Below the pieces are notes generated by a model that saw nothing but the letters and a program-made list of their open reading frames with translations, made no database searches and was not told where the DNA came from. The translations under genes and the position numbers were made by a program. Positions 8,232 to 19,880 of a DNA stretch of 61,281 bases are shown here, piece by piece. Source of the stretch: Devosiaceae bacterium MH13 (GTDB taxonomy: Bacteria > Pseudomonadota > Alphaproteobacteria > Rhizobiales > MH13); the NCBI GenBank assembly GCA_019192585.1, contig JAHCMG010000170.1, positions 1 through 61,281 of the forward strand. The letters are read 5' to 3'. Every line of letters starts with the position of its first letter. Position 1 is the first letter of the stretch.

Positions 8232-11200
8232 CTAAGCGCTTATAGGTAGCGCCAACGGCACCTCGTCCTGCTCGTCGTCTGTAACCTTCAGCGCCCCATT
8301 CTTCCAGAGGACCTGCTGCAGCTCGAACTCCGCTTCAAGCCGCGCCGCATCAAGGCACGCTTCGTGGAACGGCTTGGGCGCAGCGAAATAGTAGCCCTGC
8401 ACCTGGTTGCAGCCCATGTCGCAGACCAGCTGCAGTTCCGCTTCGGTTTCAACGCCCTCGACAACCGTCTCAAGGCCCAGGCCTTGTGCCATGCCGACAA
8501 TGCCTTGCAGGAGGCGACGTTTCTCAGCGTCCTCGTTGCACTTGCTGACAAACGAGCGGTCGATCTTCAATTTGTCGAACGACAAGGCGTTGAGATAACG
8601 CAGCGAAGAGTAGCCGGTTCCAAAATCGTCCAGCGCCAGCTGAACGCCCATCGCTTTAAGCTCGGAGAAGAGTTTCTGGATCCGGCCAAGCGAAGCATCC
8701 TCGAAGACACTCTCGGTCAGCTCCACGCACAAAAGGTCTGGCGGAAGGCCGGTTGCCGCAAGCGCATCGCGCACGTCGCTCGCCACATCGCGGTGCCAAA
8801 GCTGGGCCACAGAGACGTTGACTGACATCATCAGCGGCGCACCGCCGGCGTCCATCCAGGCTTTGCCTTGCTCGCAGGCCTTGAGCACCATCATCGCGCC
8901 GATATCGCCGATAAGAGGCGTGCTCTCCGCTATCGGGATAAACTGCGAAGGCGGAATGAAGCCGCGCTCGGGATGGTTCCACCGAGCCAGCGCTTCAAAG
9001 CCGACAATGCGCCCGGTGATCACATCCACCTGGACCTGGTAGTATGCATCGAGCGCCGAGTCCCGCACCGCCTTGCGCAGTTCCTTGATCAGGTCGGCGC
9101 GGTGCCGCATGACCCTATCAAGCGCGTCGTGGAACATCACCTCGCGGTTCCGGCCCAGCTCCTTGGCCCGGTATAGCGCAAGGTCAGCGAAGCGCATGGC
9201 TTCCGACGCGCGGTTCGTTTGGTCGGGGACCACCACCATCCCGATGCTGGTGGTGACCTGAACCGAGCCATCCTCAAGCTTAAAGGCACCAGCAAAGGCC
9301 GAGCCAATGCTTGCAGCCTGTGCGCTCAATTCAGCAGGCGAGCGCAAGTCGTGCGTGATCACCGCAAACTCGTCGCCGCCAAGCCGGTACACGGTTGCCC
9401 GGCTGCCCACACTAGCGGAGAGCCTGCCCGCCGCTGCGCGCAGCAACTCGTCGCCCGCGCCATGGCCGAGCGTATCGTTGACCTCTTTGAAGTTGTCGAG
9501 ATCGAGCAGCAGAAGCCCGCGCCGCTCACCGCCCGCCAAGGCCACATCAAAAGTCTCATCAAGCGCGCAATTGAAGGCCGCACGGTTACCAAGGCCGGTG
9601 AGCTGGTCGCGATAGGCCAGGCGCTCAAGTTCGCGCTCGGCGGTCTTGCGCGCGGTGATATCCTGCACCGTTCCGAACACGCGCCGCACACGGCCATCGC
9701 CGTCGCGTTCGGCGCGAATGCTCATCGCAAGGTCGATCAGATCGCCATCGGGGCGCCGCAGTTGAATGTCCGTCTGGCCGGTTGATTTGGTTCGGATCGC
9801 TTGCCGATAAGCCCGGTCGTAACCGTCGCGCGAGCCATCATCGATCAGATTGAAAGCATCTTCGGGCTCGAGCGATTCCGCATCGCCCGTGATGCCGAGC
9901 AGCTCTTTGAACTCGGCGCTCACAAACACCTGGCGCAGCTCGCGATCGTACCACCAGGCGCCCAGCCGCCCGACCTTGTAGGCCTCAGCGAGCTCATCGG
10001 CGTGTCGGTCCGCCTGCTCACGCGCCAGCACTTGTTCGGTGATATTGGTGCCCGTGCCCCGGTAGCCAATGAAGGTGCCATCCTCGGCGAAGCGCGGCAC
10101 GCCGCTGACGCGCGACCAACGTGGCGTCCCATCGGTCGCATAGGAGCAATATTCAAACCCCCGGAAGGGCCGGCGCGCATCAAGGTCCGCCTTGTGCACC
10201 TCCAACAGGCCGGCGTTCTCCGGCAAGTCGCTCAGAGCAAGACGGGTTTTGCCGATATAGTAGGAGGCGGGATAGCCGGATTTCTTCTGCACCGCATCGG
10301 TGATGAACGTGATCCGGTGGTCGGCATTGGTCTCCCAAAGCCAATCAGACGCCGTCTCAACAAACTGCTCCATCGCCGCGCGCTGCTCTTCAAGCGCCCG
10401 GTTGGTCTCAACCTCCGCGGTGATGTTCGAGCCGCTGCCGCGATAGCCCGCAAAGGCGCCATCTTCATCATAGCGCGGGATGCCGCTGACCCGGATCCAA
10501 AGGCTGCGGCCTTCTTGCAGCTCGATCGGGTAGATCAGGTCGCGGAACGGTTTGCGCGCATCAAGGTCGGCCTTGTGCTTAGCGAGAAGCTCTGGGTCGG
10601 CATCAAAGGCCGGCAAGGCCAGGCGGCTGGTGCCGATATAGTCGGCCGGTGACCGGCCCGTCTGCGCTTCAAAGCTGTCGGTGAAGAAGGTGAACAGGTG
10701 GTCTTTGTCGGATTCCCAAAGCCAGTCCGAACCGGTGGACGCGAACTCTTCCATACGCCGCTTTTGGCGCTCCAGCGCCCGCTTGGCGGCGACCTCTTCG
10801 GTGATGTTCGTGCCGGTGCCGCGATAGCCCTTAAAGCGGCCATCGGGGTGAAAAACCGGCACACCATTGAGGCGGACCCACAGCTTGCGACCGTCTTGGG
10901 CGGGTAGCGCATAGGTGAAATTTCGGAACGGCCGCCGGGCGTTCAAATCTTGCCGGTGCTTGGCGAACGCGACCACATTGTCTTCAACAGCCGCAAAGTC
11001 GAACCGGCTCCTGCCGACAAAGTCTTTCGCCGGACGGCCAACCTGCTTCTCGGACACGTCCGAGACATAGGTCATGAAATGGTTCTCGTCGCTCTCCCAC
11101 ATCCAGTCGGAAGCGGTGCGTGCGAACACCTCCATGGTCTGTTTGCTGTCATCAGCCAGATCGCGGGCAGCAATAAGATCGGTGCTGTCGGCAAGCGTGA

Positions 11201-11996
11201 AAACAGGTTGTGGCGCGCCGCCAGCAACGCGCAACACAAAGTCGCGACCAAACCGTTCGACCGAGCGCTCGATCTCACGCTCTAGGACGATAACGCCATC
11301 CTTGGCGGAAAGAACTATATCGACTTCCGCCATCTCGAGCGGACCGCCGCTCAACTCACTCAACAGGATTGGCGGATGCTCCCCAAACACATCCTCAAGG
11401 TTGCTGAGCGGCTGCATGATGAAATCGGTCACCCGCTCATCAACGACCAGAGGCTCGAGCGTGCCACCGAAGAAGCCGGTGTCACGCGAGAAATCAGCCA
11501 ACAGTTCACGCACACCCATGAGCGGCCGCACCAGCGCAAGGACCTTCTCCGGCCCTGCGCCCTCGCGGCCATTGAGCGGCAGGCAGATGCGCTGCCAGCT
11601 ATGCGTGTGGTGGGTGATCGCGGCCCGGTTGGCCGAGTAGATCGGCTCCCGGCGCTTGAGCGCATGCTCGTAAGTGGCGACAAAGAACGGGCCGGTCGTC
11701 GGGTTAAAATCGCAGGTGCGCGAGCCGACCATGTTGATGCCGGACGCGCCCGCAATATCGCGGCCATAGTGCAAGTAGCGATACTCGCCGTCGGGCTCGC
11801 GCTCGACCAAAATCAGGTGCGGAGCGAAGGCGCGTAAGGGCCCAGCCTCAAGATCGATAAGCGCGTCGAGAGCGGTCGGGTTCTCGTGCGCAACCTGCCA
11901 GGCATCGACCAGATCCCGCAGCTCAGGATGGCGTGCGAAATCGATCGCCGCCATGGGGCGCACAGTCCCGTGTATGCTGTCCTGAACTGTGTCCAC
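8232..11996 (-). CDS. Multi-PAS diguanylate cyclase/phosphodiesterase (GGDEF-EAL)
   Basis: RLGGDEF, GFEALARW, DDFGTGYSS; three similar PAS repeats starting (A/G)SDWxWExD/N plus further PAS-like domains; start uncertain (GTG 11996). Confidence 0.93.
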   Translation of the reverse strand: MDTVQDSIHGTVRPMAAIDFARHPELRDLVDAWQVAHENPTALDALIDLEAGPLRAFAPHLILVEREPDGEYRYLHYGRDIAGASGINMVGSRTCDFNPTTGPFFVATYEHALKRREPIYSANRAAITHHTHSWQRICLPLNGREGAGPEKVLALVRPLMGVRELLADFSRDTGFFGGTLEPLVVDERVTDFIMQPLSNLEDVFGEHPPILLSELSGGPLEMAEVDIVLSAKDGVIVLEREIERSVERFGRDFVLRVAGGAPQPVFTLADSTDLIAARDLADDSKQTMEVFARTASDWMWESDENHFMTYVSDVSEKQVGRPAKDFVGRSRFDFAAVEDNVVAFAKHRQDLNARRPFRNFTYALPAQDGRKLWVRLNGVPVFHPDGRFKGYRGTGTNITEEVAAKRALERQKRRMEEFASTGSDWLWESDKDHLFTFFTDSFEAQTGRSPADYIGTSRLALPAFDADPELLAKHKADLDARKPFRDLIYPIELQEGRSLWIRVSGIPRYDEDGAFAGYRGSGSNITAEVETNRALEEQRAAMEQFVETASDWLWETNADHRITFITDAVQKKSGYPASYYIGKTRLALSDLPENAGLLEVHKADLDARRPFRGFEYCSYATDGTPRWSRVSGVPRFAEDGTFIGYRGTGTNITEQVLAREQADRHADELAEAYKVGRLGAWWYDRELRQVFVSAEFKELLGITGDAESLEPEDAFNLIDDGSRDGYDRAYRQAIRTKSTGQTDIQLRRPDGDLIDLAMSIRAERDGDGRVRRVFGTVQDITARKTAERELERLAYRDQLTGLGNRAAFNCALDETFDVALAGGERRGLLLLDLDNFKEVNDTLGHGAGDELLRAAAGRLSASVGSRATVYRLGGDEFAVITHDLRSPAELSAQAASIGSAFAGAFKLEDGSVQVTTSIGMVVVPDQTNRASEAMRFADLALYRAKELGRNREVMFHDALDRVMRHRADLIKELRKAVRDSALDAYYQVQVDVITGRIVGFEALARWNHPERGFIPPSQFIPIAESTPLIGDIGAMMVLKACEQGKAWMDAGGAPLMMSVNVSVAQLWHRDVASDVRDALAATGLPPDLLCVELTESVFEDASLGRIQKLFSELKAMGVQLALDDFGTGYSSLRYLNALSFDKLKIDRSFVSKCNEDAEKRRLLQGIVGMAQGLGLETVVEGVETEAELQLVCDMGCNQVQGYYFAAPKPFHEACLDAARLEAEFELQQVLWKNGALKVTDDEQDEVPLALPISA

Positions 11997-12043
11997 GACC
12001 GCCCCAACTCTCCAATCCCAGCGGATGTCTTAGCGGGCGGGCG

Positions 12044-12058
12044 TTCACGCAAGGTTAA
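12044..12058 (-). promoter_or_regulatory. Candidate CtrA-binding site
   Basis: Minus strand reads TTAA-CCTTGCG-TGAA(C), one mismatch to TTAA-N7-TTAAC, about 50 bp upstream of the GGDEF-EAL gene. Confidence 0.5.
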
Positions 12059-12096
12059 GTCCCTGGCGAACCCTGGGAAAACCCCGTATTTGGGGG

Positions 12097-12513
12097 TCAG
12101 AGCAGGTCGATCAGGGGCGCGATAAGGGGCTCGTCGGCCTCCGGCATGGGGTATTGCCGCAACCGGTTTGGGCGCACCCAGGCGAGCTCCTGGCCCTCTT
12201 TGGCTTCAGGGCTGCCTTGCCACTTCCGGATCACGTACAGCGGCATCAAGAGATGAAAGTCATCATAGCCATGGCTGGCGAACGTCAGCGGGGCGAGACA
12301 GGCGGTTTGGGTTTCGACACCCAGTTCCTCGCGAAGCTCGCGGATCAGGCACGCTTCGGGGCGCTCGCCCGGTTCAACCTTGCCGCCGGGAAATTCCCAT
12401 AGGCCGGCCATCGCTTTGCCTTCCGGCCGTTTGGCGATCAGCACCCGGTTGTCGGCATCGACCAGCGCCGCGGCAGCCACGAGCACCAGGCGAACATCGG
12501 CGGCCTCGCTCAT
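12097..12513 (-). CDS. mutT: 8-oxo-dGTP diphosphatase (Nudix)
   Basis: [12 protein letters not shown]...RELREELG Nudix box; downstream of argJ. Confidence 0.93.
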   Translation of the reverse strand: MSEAADVRLVLVAAAALVDADNRVLIAKRPEGKAMAGLWEFPGGKVEPGERPEACLIRELREELGVETQTACLAPLTFASHGYDDFHLLMPLYVIRKWQGSPEAKEGQELAWVRPNRLRQYPMPEADEPLIAPLIDLL

Positions 12514-13751
12514 GACCGATAGTCACCATTGATGGCGACATAGGCTTTGGTCAGATCGCAGGTCCACACCGTCGCGTGTCCGTCGCCAAGGCCAAGATCC
12601 ACCCGCAAAGATATCTCCGGCTGTTTCATCACCGCGGCGGCGGCCTCTTCCGCATAGTCCGGGTCGCGCTCGCCTTGCACAGCAACGCGCACATCGCCAA
12701 ACCAAATGGCGACTTTGTCCCGATCAGCGGGCTCGCCAGCCTTGCCGATCGCCATAACAACGCGGCCCCAATTGGCATCTTCACCGGCGAAGGCGGTTTT
12801 GACGAGGGGCGAGTTGGCAATCGACCGGGCGACACGGTCGGCACTGTGATCGGTCGTTGCGCCGGCGACGGTGATCGTCACGAACTTGGTGAGCCCCTCG
12901 CCGTCCTTGACGACCAAAAGGGCCAAGTCTCGCGCTAGGACTTGCAACGCTTCGGCAAATGCCTGCGCCCTGGGGTCAGCGATGTCCTCAATAGGCTGGG
13001 ACGCCAGACGCTTGCCCGTGGCGAAGGCCAGCACCGTGTCCGAGGTCGAGGTATCACTGTCGACCGTGATCCGGTTGAAGCTGCCGTCCACAGCGCCCTT
13101 GAGCATGGCCTGCAGAACGGGTGCCTCGATGGCGGCATCGGTGGCGATGAAGCTCAGCATGGTCGCCATATCGGGCTCGATCATGCCGGCGCCCTTGGCC
13201 ATCCCCGTCAGCGTGATGGTCTCGCCGCCGATCTCAACCTGCGTGCTGAGCACTTTGGGGTAGGTGTCGGTGGTCATGATCGCGGCTGCCGCATGCGCCC
13301 AAGCGTCAGCGCGCAAATTGGCCGCTAGCCCATCGAGCACATCGGCGAATTTCTCCGCATCGAGCGGCTCGCCGATCACGCCGGTCGAGGCAAGGTACAC
13401 GGCCTCGGGCGCAACACCCAAAGCGGCTTCGACCAGCGCTGCGGAGCGCCCGGTGGCGGCGGCCCCCTTCATGCCGGTGAACGCATTCGCGTTGCCCGAA
13501 TTGACCAACAAGGCGCGGGCCTCGCCGCTCGGCAGAATGGACTTACACCATTCCACCGGCGCGGACGCGCAGGCCGAGCGCGTGAACACGCCGGCCACCG
13601 TGGTGCCTGAATCGAACGCCAGAAGCGTGACGTCATCGCGCCCCGCATATTTGATGCCCGCCTCGGCCGATGCCAGGCGCACGCCCTCCACCGGCAGAGG
13701 CTGCGGCGGATCAACAGGCATAAACGGCGAAGGGTAGTGCGGCGGGCTCAC
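12510..13751 (-). CDS. argJ: Bifunctional ornithine acetyltransferase/N-acetylglutamate synthase
   Basis: [24 protein letters not shown] autocleavage motif, DTSTSDT, DGEG, ANWGR. Confidence 0.97.
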   Translation of the reverse strand: MSPPHYPSPFMPVDPPQPLPVEGVRLASAEAGIKYAGRDDVTLLAFDSGTTVAGVFTRSACASAPVEWCKSILPSGEARALLVNSGNANAFTGMKGAAATGRSAALVEAALGVAPEAVYLASTGVIGEPLDAEKFADVLDGLAANLRADAWAHAAAAIMTTDTYPKVLSTQVEIGGETITLTGMAKGAGMIEPDMATMLSFIATDAAIEAPVLQAMLKGAVDGSFNRITVDSDTSTSDTVLAFATGKRLASQPIEDIADPRAQAFAEALQVLARDLALLVVKDGEGLTKFVTITVAGATTDHSADRVARSIANSPLVKTAFAGEDANWGRVVMAIGKAGEPADRDKVAIWFGDVRVAVQGERDPDYAEEAAAAVMKQPEISLRVDLGLGDGHATVWTCDLTKAYVAINGDYRS

Positions 13752-13778
13752 GGCAAGAAGCGGATCGAGCGGGCGCGA

Positions 13779-14648
13779 TTACTCAGCTGCCGCAGGGGGC
13801 GTCAGCCCTTCAAGCTGGTAGTCAATCGACGCGCTCTCGCGGAGCCCGCCAATCACTTCAGCGAAGCGCTGCTGCAGCAGGCTCTGCTGGATGTCGCTGG
13901 CGACGGCTTCAAACGCCGGTGGTTCGCTGTCGCGGGTCTCTTCAACCAATATCACGTGGAAGCCGAAGCGGGTCTCCACCGGCTCGTTGGTGTAGGAGCC
14001 CGGCTCAAGTCCAAAGGCCGCCTCTTCAAACGCTGGCACCATACGGCCACGGCTGAACCAGCCCAGATCGCCGCCACTGGGCCCGCTCGGACCGGTCGAG
14101 TGCTCGGTGGCCAGTTCCGCGAAATCGGCACCGCCATTGAGCTGGCCGATCAGCTCCATCGCCGTCTCCTGGTCCTCGACCAGGATGTGGCGCGCGCGGC
14201 GCTCTTCAACCGGGTCAAAACCGGTGACGAACTCATCATAGGCAGCGCGCACAGCGCCATCGTCCACCTGGGCGGCGACGATCTCAACAAGGTACGCGGT
14301 GCGCAGCGTCCGCGCTTCCTGGTAGGCCATGCGGCGCTCAAACTCGCTGCTTTCATCAAGGCCAGCCTCATCGGCAGCCATGGCGAGCAAGTGCAGGTCG
14401 ATCAGCGCATCGACCACCACCGCGCGGCGCTGGTCTGCCGGCACGCGCTGCATCTGTTCGGCGAAATCCTGGCCCGCCAAGCGCGCCTCAAGCTCGGTGA
14501 TCTCATACCCGTTCACCGTCGCCAGAACCGTGTCTTGATCGATGGTCTCCTGCGCGGCTGCGGGCGCGCTCACGCCAAAACAAAGCGACGCAGCGAGAGC
14601 GGAAGCACCAAGCAGCTTTGCCGGGCGAAACGAAGATACGATCATCAA
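13779..14648 (-). CDS. Periplasmic parvulin-type peptidyl-prolyl isomerase
   Basis: Signal peptide, RARHILV, GGDLGWF, MVPAFE, FGFHVI; conserved position between secA and argJ. Confidence 0.93.
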   Translation of the reverse strand: MMIVSSFRPAKLLGASALAASLCFGVSAPAAAQETIDQDTVLATVNGYEITELEARLAGQDFAEQMQRVPADQRRAVVVDALIDLHLLAMAADEAGLDESSEFERRMAYQEARTLRTAYLVEIVAAQVDDGAVRAAYDEFVTGFDPVEERRARHILVEDQETAMELIGQLNGGADFAELATEHSTGPSGPSGGDLGWFSRGRMVPAFEEAAFGLEPGSYTNEPVETRFGFHVILVEETRDSEPPAFEAVASDIQQSLLQQRFAEVIGGLRESASIDYQLEGLTPPAAAE

Positions 14649-14795
14649 CTAAGTCCTTTTGGGCAGGCCACGGCCTTGAGCCAGTAGCGGCAACGGGCGT
14701 CAAATGGCGGAGCGTCTAGCGGCGGGCTTTCGGGCGCGACCGCACGGTCTCTTGGCTCGCCAATTGAGGCCGGACCATGGCCGTCTTTCCATACG

Positions 14796-14824
14796 TTGAC
14801 AAGCAAAAGGGCCATTCTTATCTG
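14796..14824 (+). promoter_or_regulatory. Putative sigma70 promoter of secA
   Basis: TTGACA followed after 16-17 nt by (T)TATCT. Confidence 0.5.
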
Positions 14825-14974
14825 TGAGGCGCCTTTTCTGCGGTCCAACCTTGGAATGTTGGGCCTTTAAGCGGGGTTTTTCTGGCGCCGCTTGAGCCAA
14901 TATAAACACCCAACGCACCCCAACAGCACCGCCCCGACAGCCCCGTCGTCAGGTGCCTATAGAGACGCTCCGTC

Positions 14975-17857
14975 ATGCTCGGCCTCGGTTCCATCGCCTC
15001 GAAGTTTTTCGGCTCCTCCAACGATCGCATCGTCAAGGGCTATCAGTCCCGCGTCGATGCCATCAACGCGCTTGAGCCGCAGATGGAGGCCCTTTCCGAT
15101 GAGGACCTCCGCGCCAAGACGCTTGAGTATCGGGAGCGCCTGGAGGGCGGCGAGAGCCTGGATAAGCTGCTGCCCGAAGCGTTCGCGACGGTTCGCGAGG
15201 GCGCCAAGCGGGCGCTTGGCCAACGCCATTACGATGTGCAGCTCATCGGCGGCATGGTGCTTCATGAAGGCAAGATCGCCGAAATGAAGACCGGTGAAGG
15301 TAAGACCCTGGTTGCAACGCTGGCGGTGTACCTCAACGCGCTCGAAGGCCAGGGCGTCCATGTTGTCACGGTCAACGATTACCTCGCCCGCCGAGACGCC
15401 GCCTGGATGGGCCAGGTCTATGGCTTTCTGGGTCTTACAACCGGCGTTATCGTTCACGGCCTGACCGATGAAGAGCGCCGCGCCGCCTATGCGTGCGACG
15501 TGACCTACGGCACCAACAACGAGCTCGGCTTCGACTATCTGCGCGACAACATGAAGTACCGGCGCACCGAGATGGCGCAGCGCGCCCACCGGTTTGCCAT
15601 TGTCGACGAGGTCGACTCGATCCTTATCGACGAAGCGCGCACGCCGCTCATCATCTCCGGCCCGCTGGCCGACAAGTCCGAACTCTACGTCGCCATCGAC
15701 GCGCTGGTCGGGCAGCTCAACGATGATGATTTCGAGATCGACGAGAAGCAGCGTAGCGCCAACTTCACCGAAGAAGGCTCAGAGCACCTCGAAGAGATTT
15801 TGGCCGGCGCCGGGCAGATCGAGGAAGGCACCAGCCTGTACGATGTGGAGAACATCCAGGTCGTCCACCACATGAACCAGGCGCTGCGCGCCCATAAACT
15901 GTTCCAGCGCGACAAGGACTACATCGTTCGCAACGGCGAAGTGGTCATCATCGACGAGTTCACCGGCCGCATGATGCCCGGCCGCCGCTTCTCCGATGGT
16001 CTGCACCAAGCGCTGGAAGCCAAAGAGCGGGTTGCCATCAACCCCGAGAACCAGACCCTCGCATCGGTCACGTTCCAGAACTATTTCCGCCTGTACAACA
16101 AGCTTGGCGGCATGACCGGCACGGCCTCCACCGAGGCTGAAGAGTTCGGCGAAATCTACGGTCTCGAAGTCGTCGAGATCCCCACCAACGTGCCGGTGGC
16201 GCGTATCGATGATGACGACGAAGTCTACCGAACCTTCGACGAGAAATACCGCGCGATCGTTGCGCTCATCGCCGATTGCGCCCAGCGCGGCCAGCCGATC
16301 CTTGTGGGCACCACCTCGATCGAAAAGTCCGAGCTTCTCTCGCAGATGCTGACCGACAAGAAGGTCGTCGCGGAGATCGCAGACAAGCTCGACGAGCAAG
16401 CCGAAGACATGCGCAAGGGCGAAGAGGCGTTCGCCAACTACCTGTCCGGCGCTGCCGCGCACCTGCGCGAAAAGGTGAAGGCCGCGAAGGGCAAGAACCC
16501 CTGCATCCCGCATCAGGTGCTCAACGCGCGCTTCCACGAGCAAGAGGCGCTGATCGTGGCGCAAGCCGGCGTGCCGGGCGCGGTGACGATCGCCACCAAC
16601 ATGGCCGGCCGCGGCACCGACATTCAGCTCGGCGGCAATGCCGATATGCGCATCGTCCAGGAGCTGGCCGAAGTGGCCGACGGGCCTGAGAAGGACGCGA
16701 AAGCGCAGGCCATCCGCGAGGAAGTGGCCAAGCTCAAGCAAGAAGCGCTCGAAGCGGGCGGGCTCTATGTCGTCGGCACCGAGCGCCACGAAAGCCGCCG
16801 CATCGACAACCAGCTGCGTGGCCGTTCTGGCCGCCAGGGCGACCCCGGGCACTCGAAGTTCTTCCTGTCGCTGCAAGATGACCTGATGCGCATCTTCGGG
16901 TCCGACCGCATGGATGGCATACTGCAAAAGCTCGGCCTCAAAGAGGGCGAGGCGATCATCCATAACTGGATCAACAAGGCGCTTGAAAAGGCCCAGCAGA
17001 AGGTCGAGGCCCGCAACCTCGACATCCGTAAAAACCTGCTCAAGTACGACAATGTCATGAACGACCAGCGCAAGGTCGTCTTCGATCAACGCCTTGAGTT
17101 GATGGAAGAAGAAGACCTTGCCGAACCGGTCAAAGACATGCGCCACGATGTCATCGAGGACCTGGTCGCCGAGCATATCCCCGAAAAAGCCTACCCCGAA
17201 CAGTGGGAGACCGAGGGCCTGCAAGAGCGGGTGAAAGAGGTCTTCAATCTCGATCTGCCGGTCGTCGATTGGGCCGACGAAGAGGGCATCGCCGAAGACG
17301 ATGTCATGGAGCGGCTCAAGCGCACCGCCGACGAAGCCTACGCCTCGCGCGTGTCACGGTTCGGCCCCGATGTGATGCGCCAGGTTGAGCGCGCTATCCT
17401 GCTGCAAACCCTCGATGGGCTCTGGCGTGAGCATCTCGCCACGCTCGATAATCTACGCTCGGTGATCGGCTTCCGCGGTTACGGCCAGCGCGACCCGCTG
17501 CAAGAATATCGCACCGAAGCGTTCCAGCTGTTCGAAGCGATGCTGTCGAACCTGCGCGAAAGCGTCACCCAGAAGCTGATGATCGTCGAAGTGCGCACCG
17601 AGGCGCCGCCCGAATTGCCAACCGCAGCCGATGTGCCGGGTCTTGCCCCCTCAGGCGACCCAGGCATGCCCGGCGGCGAACCGCTCTCGCCCGCCATGGC
17701 CCGCGCGGCCGCTGGAATGGCGGCGCTGCGCGGCGAGCCTGTTCCAGCGCTTGAGCGCGACCCCGAACGCCCGGAAACCTGGGGCAAGGTCGGCCGCAAC
17801 GAACTGTGCCCCTGCGGTTCAGGCAAAAAGTACAAGCACTGCCACGGCGCAGTTTAG
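14975..17857 (+). CDS. secA: Protein translocase subunit SecA
   Basis: MKTGEGKT Walker [34 protein letters not shown]-terminal [18 protein letters not shown]. Confidence 0.99.
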   Translation: MLGLGSIASKFFGSSNDRIVKGYQSRVDAINALEPQMEALSDEDLRAKTLEYRERLEGGESLDKLLPEAFATVREGAKRALGQRHYDVQLIGGMVLHEGKIAEMKTGEGKTLVATLAVYLNALEGQGVHVVTVNDYLARRDAAWMGQVYGFLGLTTGVIVHGLTDEERRAAYACDVTYGTNNELGFDYLRDNMKYRRTEMAQRAHRFAIVDEVDSILIDEARTPLIISGPLADKSELYVAIDALVGQLNDDDFEIDEKQRSANFTEEGSEHLEEILAGAGQIEEGTSLYDVENIQVVHHMNQALRAHKLFQRDKDYIVRNGEVVIIDEFTGRMMPGRRFSDGLHQALEAKERVAINPENQTLASVTFQNYFRLYNKLGGMTGTASTEAEEFGEIYGLEVVEIPTNVPVARIDDDDEVYRTFDEKYRAIVALIADCAQRGQPILVGTTSIEKSELLSQMLTDKKVVAEIADKLDEQAEDMRKGEEAFANYLSGAAAHLREKVKAAKGKNPCIPHQVLNARFHEQEALIVAQAGVPGAVTIATNMAGRGTDIQLGGNADMRIVQELAEVADGPEKDAKAQAIREEVAKLKQEALEAGGLYVVGTERHESRRIDNQLRGRSGRQGDPGHSKFFLSLQDDLMRIFGSDRMDGILQKLGLKEGEAIIHNWINKALEKAQQKVEARNLDIRKNLLKYDNVMNDQRKVVFDQRLELMEEEDLAEPVKDMRHDVIEDLVAEHIPEKAYPEQWETEGLQERVKEVFNLDLPVVDWADEEGIAEDDVMERLKRTADEAYASRVSRFGPDVMRQVERAILLQTLDGLWREHLATLDNLRSVIGFRGYGQRDPLQEYRTEAFQLFEAMLSNLRESVTQKLMIVEVRTEAPPELPTAADVPGLAPSGDPGMPGGEPLSPAMARAAAGMAALRGEPVPALERDPERPETWGKVGRNELCPCGSGKKYKHCHGAV

Positions 17858-19074
17858 GGCGCGGGCTTTTCCGGTAGCCGGATCAGCGCGCGCATCGCGG
17901 CGATCCCGACGACTGGGCCAAGAGCCATCAGAACCAGCACCGTCGGCCAGCCCCATTGGGCTGTCAGAAGTGGCGCCGCTTGCACGGTGATCATGGTGAG
18001 CCCGAACCCCAGCGCGGTTTGAAGGGTCAGCAAGCTGCCCGCCTGATCGGCCGGTGCGTGGTCGGCAACAAGCGCTGACAGCTGCGGGGAATCTGGGATC
18101 ACGCTCGCCCCCCAGATCAACAAGACCGGGATAACGACCCAAAGCGGCCCGCCAAAGGTAACCGCCGCGATCAGCGCGAACGCCCCGGAGATCAGCATCG
18201 CGCCGCCGGCAACCTGGGCCTTGCCGACCCGGTCGGCGAGCCAGCCGGTCGGAATGCAAACCACCGAACCAAGCGCGATGACGCCAAAGGCGGTGAGTGT
18301 CGCGACGCGCGCACCGGCTTCCGCACCCATCTGCGCGGAAAAAGACGCCGCGGCGATCACGGCGATCCACGCCCACATCGCGTACAGTTCCCACATGTGG
18401 CCCAGATAGCCGATGATCGCGAGGCGCACGCCCCTGTTGGTCCACGCGGTGCGGATGGCCCTTGGGTTGAAGCGCGCGGCGCGGGCGTGGTGCGGCCCTA
18501 GCCGCGCGCCGAAGACCAGAAAGCCGGCCGCCACGGAGAGTGCCGAAGCCAACATCACAGTCGACCGCCAGTCCGCACCGCCGAGCAGCGCCAGCGCGTG
18601 CGGCGATGCCGAACCCATGGCGACGGCGGCCACGAGCAAGCCGACTAGGAGCCCGCGATCCTTCGCGCCCCAACCCACGGCGATTTTCATACCGACAGGA
18701 TAAACGCCCGCCAGCAAAGCGCCGGTCGCAACGCGCAGAGCAACCGCCGTGGCGCCATCAAGCGGCACCACAAGCAATAGAGCATTGGCCAAGCCGGCGA
18801 GTACCGCGCAGACCGAAAACACCACGCGTGGGTCGAGCCGGTCAGGTAGACCGGTCACCGCAAGAAACAAAGCGCCGATGACAAAGCCGCCTTGCACACC
18901 GCTCGACAGAGCCGCTTGCTGGCCGGCCGACAGCGCGAACTCCGTAGTCATGCCCGGCAGCACTGCGGCCGCGACGAACCAAAGGCTCATCGCGAAAATG
19001 CTGGCGGTCATCAAAAGGAGGATGGAACGTGTCTTCACCGCCGCGACGCTAGTGGCCGAGAGTCGAGCTGGCAA
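17854..19074 (-). CDS. MFS transporter
   Basis: About 12 hydrophobic segments, GWLADRVGK motif [14 protein letters not shown]. Confidence 0.88.
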   Translation of the reverse strand: MPARLSATSVAAVKTRSILLLMTASIFAMSLWFVAAAVLPGMTTEFALSAGQQAALSSGVQGGFVIGALFLAVTGLPDRLDPRVVFSVCAVLAGLANALLLVVPLDGATAVALRVATGALLAGVYPVGMKIAVGWGAKDRGLLVGLLVAAVAMGSASPHALALLGGADWRSTVMLASALSVAAGFLVFGARLGPHHARAARFNPRAIRTAWTNRGVRLAIIGYLGHMWELYAMWAWIAVIAAASFSAQMGAEAGARVATLTAFGVIALGSVVCIPTGWLADRVGKAQVAGGAMLISGAFALIAAVTFGGPLWVVIPVLLIWGASVIPDSPQLSALVADHAPADQAGSLLTLQTALGFGLTMITVQAAPLLTAQWGWPTVLVLMALGPVVGIAAMRALIRLPEKPAP

Positions 19075-19086
19075 TGAACGAGATCG

Positions 19087-19878
19087 TTAGTGCCGCGCGA
19101 GAAAAGCGCCAAGCGCATCGCCAAAGGCTTCGGGTTGCTGAACAACGGCCAGATGGCCCGCATTCTCGATGATCACGAGCGTGGCGCCATCGATCCGGCT
19201 CGCCAAACCTTCAGGGTGTTCGAGCGGGAAGGACAAGTCTTTGTCCGCGCCGATCACAAGCGTCGGGGCGGTGATCCCAGAAACGCGATCGCGCACATCA
19301 TGGGCCTTGACGGCAAGTCCGCAGGCAACAGCGCCCGCGACGGTGGTTGAGCCGATCATCCGCGCGATCGGGTCGAGATCCGCAGGCCCAAAGCCCGCCA
19401 TGATGCCATCGCCGTACCAACGCTCCATCGATTCATGGATCTGCGCCCACAGGCCCTTGGTGCGAATAGCCTCCAGCCGGCCATCCCACAGCGCGACGGC
19501 GGCATCGGGCAGCTTGTCGGTTGCACAAGCAAGCGTCAGCGAGCGCACGCGAGCGGCGTGATCAAGACCCAGATGCTGGGCAACCATGCCGCCAATAGAA
19601 AGGCCGCAAACATGCGCGCGCTCAATGTCGAGCGCGTCCAACACCTGCACTGTCAGGGTCGCCAGCGACGCGATGCCGTCGGGCAGCTCCGCGGGGTCGG
19701 ACTTGCCATGGCCTGGCAGATCAAACGTGATGCAGCGGTAGCTCGGCGCAAAGCGCGCGACCATCGCGTCCCACAGGCCGCCATTGGTTGTGTAAGCATG
19801 GATAAAGAGCAGCGGCGGCCCATCCCCACCGCTATCGGTGAAATGGACGTTGCGGCCATCAACGCTCAGAAACGGCAC
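19087..19878 (-). CDS. Alpha/beta hydrolase (3-oxoadipate enol-lactonase-like)
   Basis: DLPGHGKS, GLSIGG nucleophile elbow, C-terminal AGH. Confidence 0.85.
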   Translation of the reverse strand: MPFLSVDGRNVHFTDSGGDGPPLLFIHAYTTNGGLWDAMVARFAPSYRCITFDLPGHGKSDPAELPDGIASLATLTVQVLDALDIERAHVCGLSIGGMVAQHLGLDHAARVRSLTLACATDKLPDAAVALWDGRLEAIRTKGLWAQIHESMERWYGDGIMAGFGPADLDPIARMIGSTTVAGAVACGLAVKAHDVRDRVSGITAPTLVIGADKDLSFPLEHPEGLASRIDGATLVIIENAGHLAVVQQPEAFGDALGAFLARH

Positions 19879-19880
19879 GG

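Noticed and set aside
15779-17224. 481-aa minus-strand ORF (similarly 21630-22844, 34622-35770, 13737-14687, 59457-60275)
   Set aside because: Antisense to well-supported genes (secA, accA/xerD, rplS, parvulin, leuB); explained by codon bias
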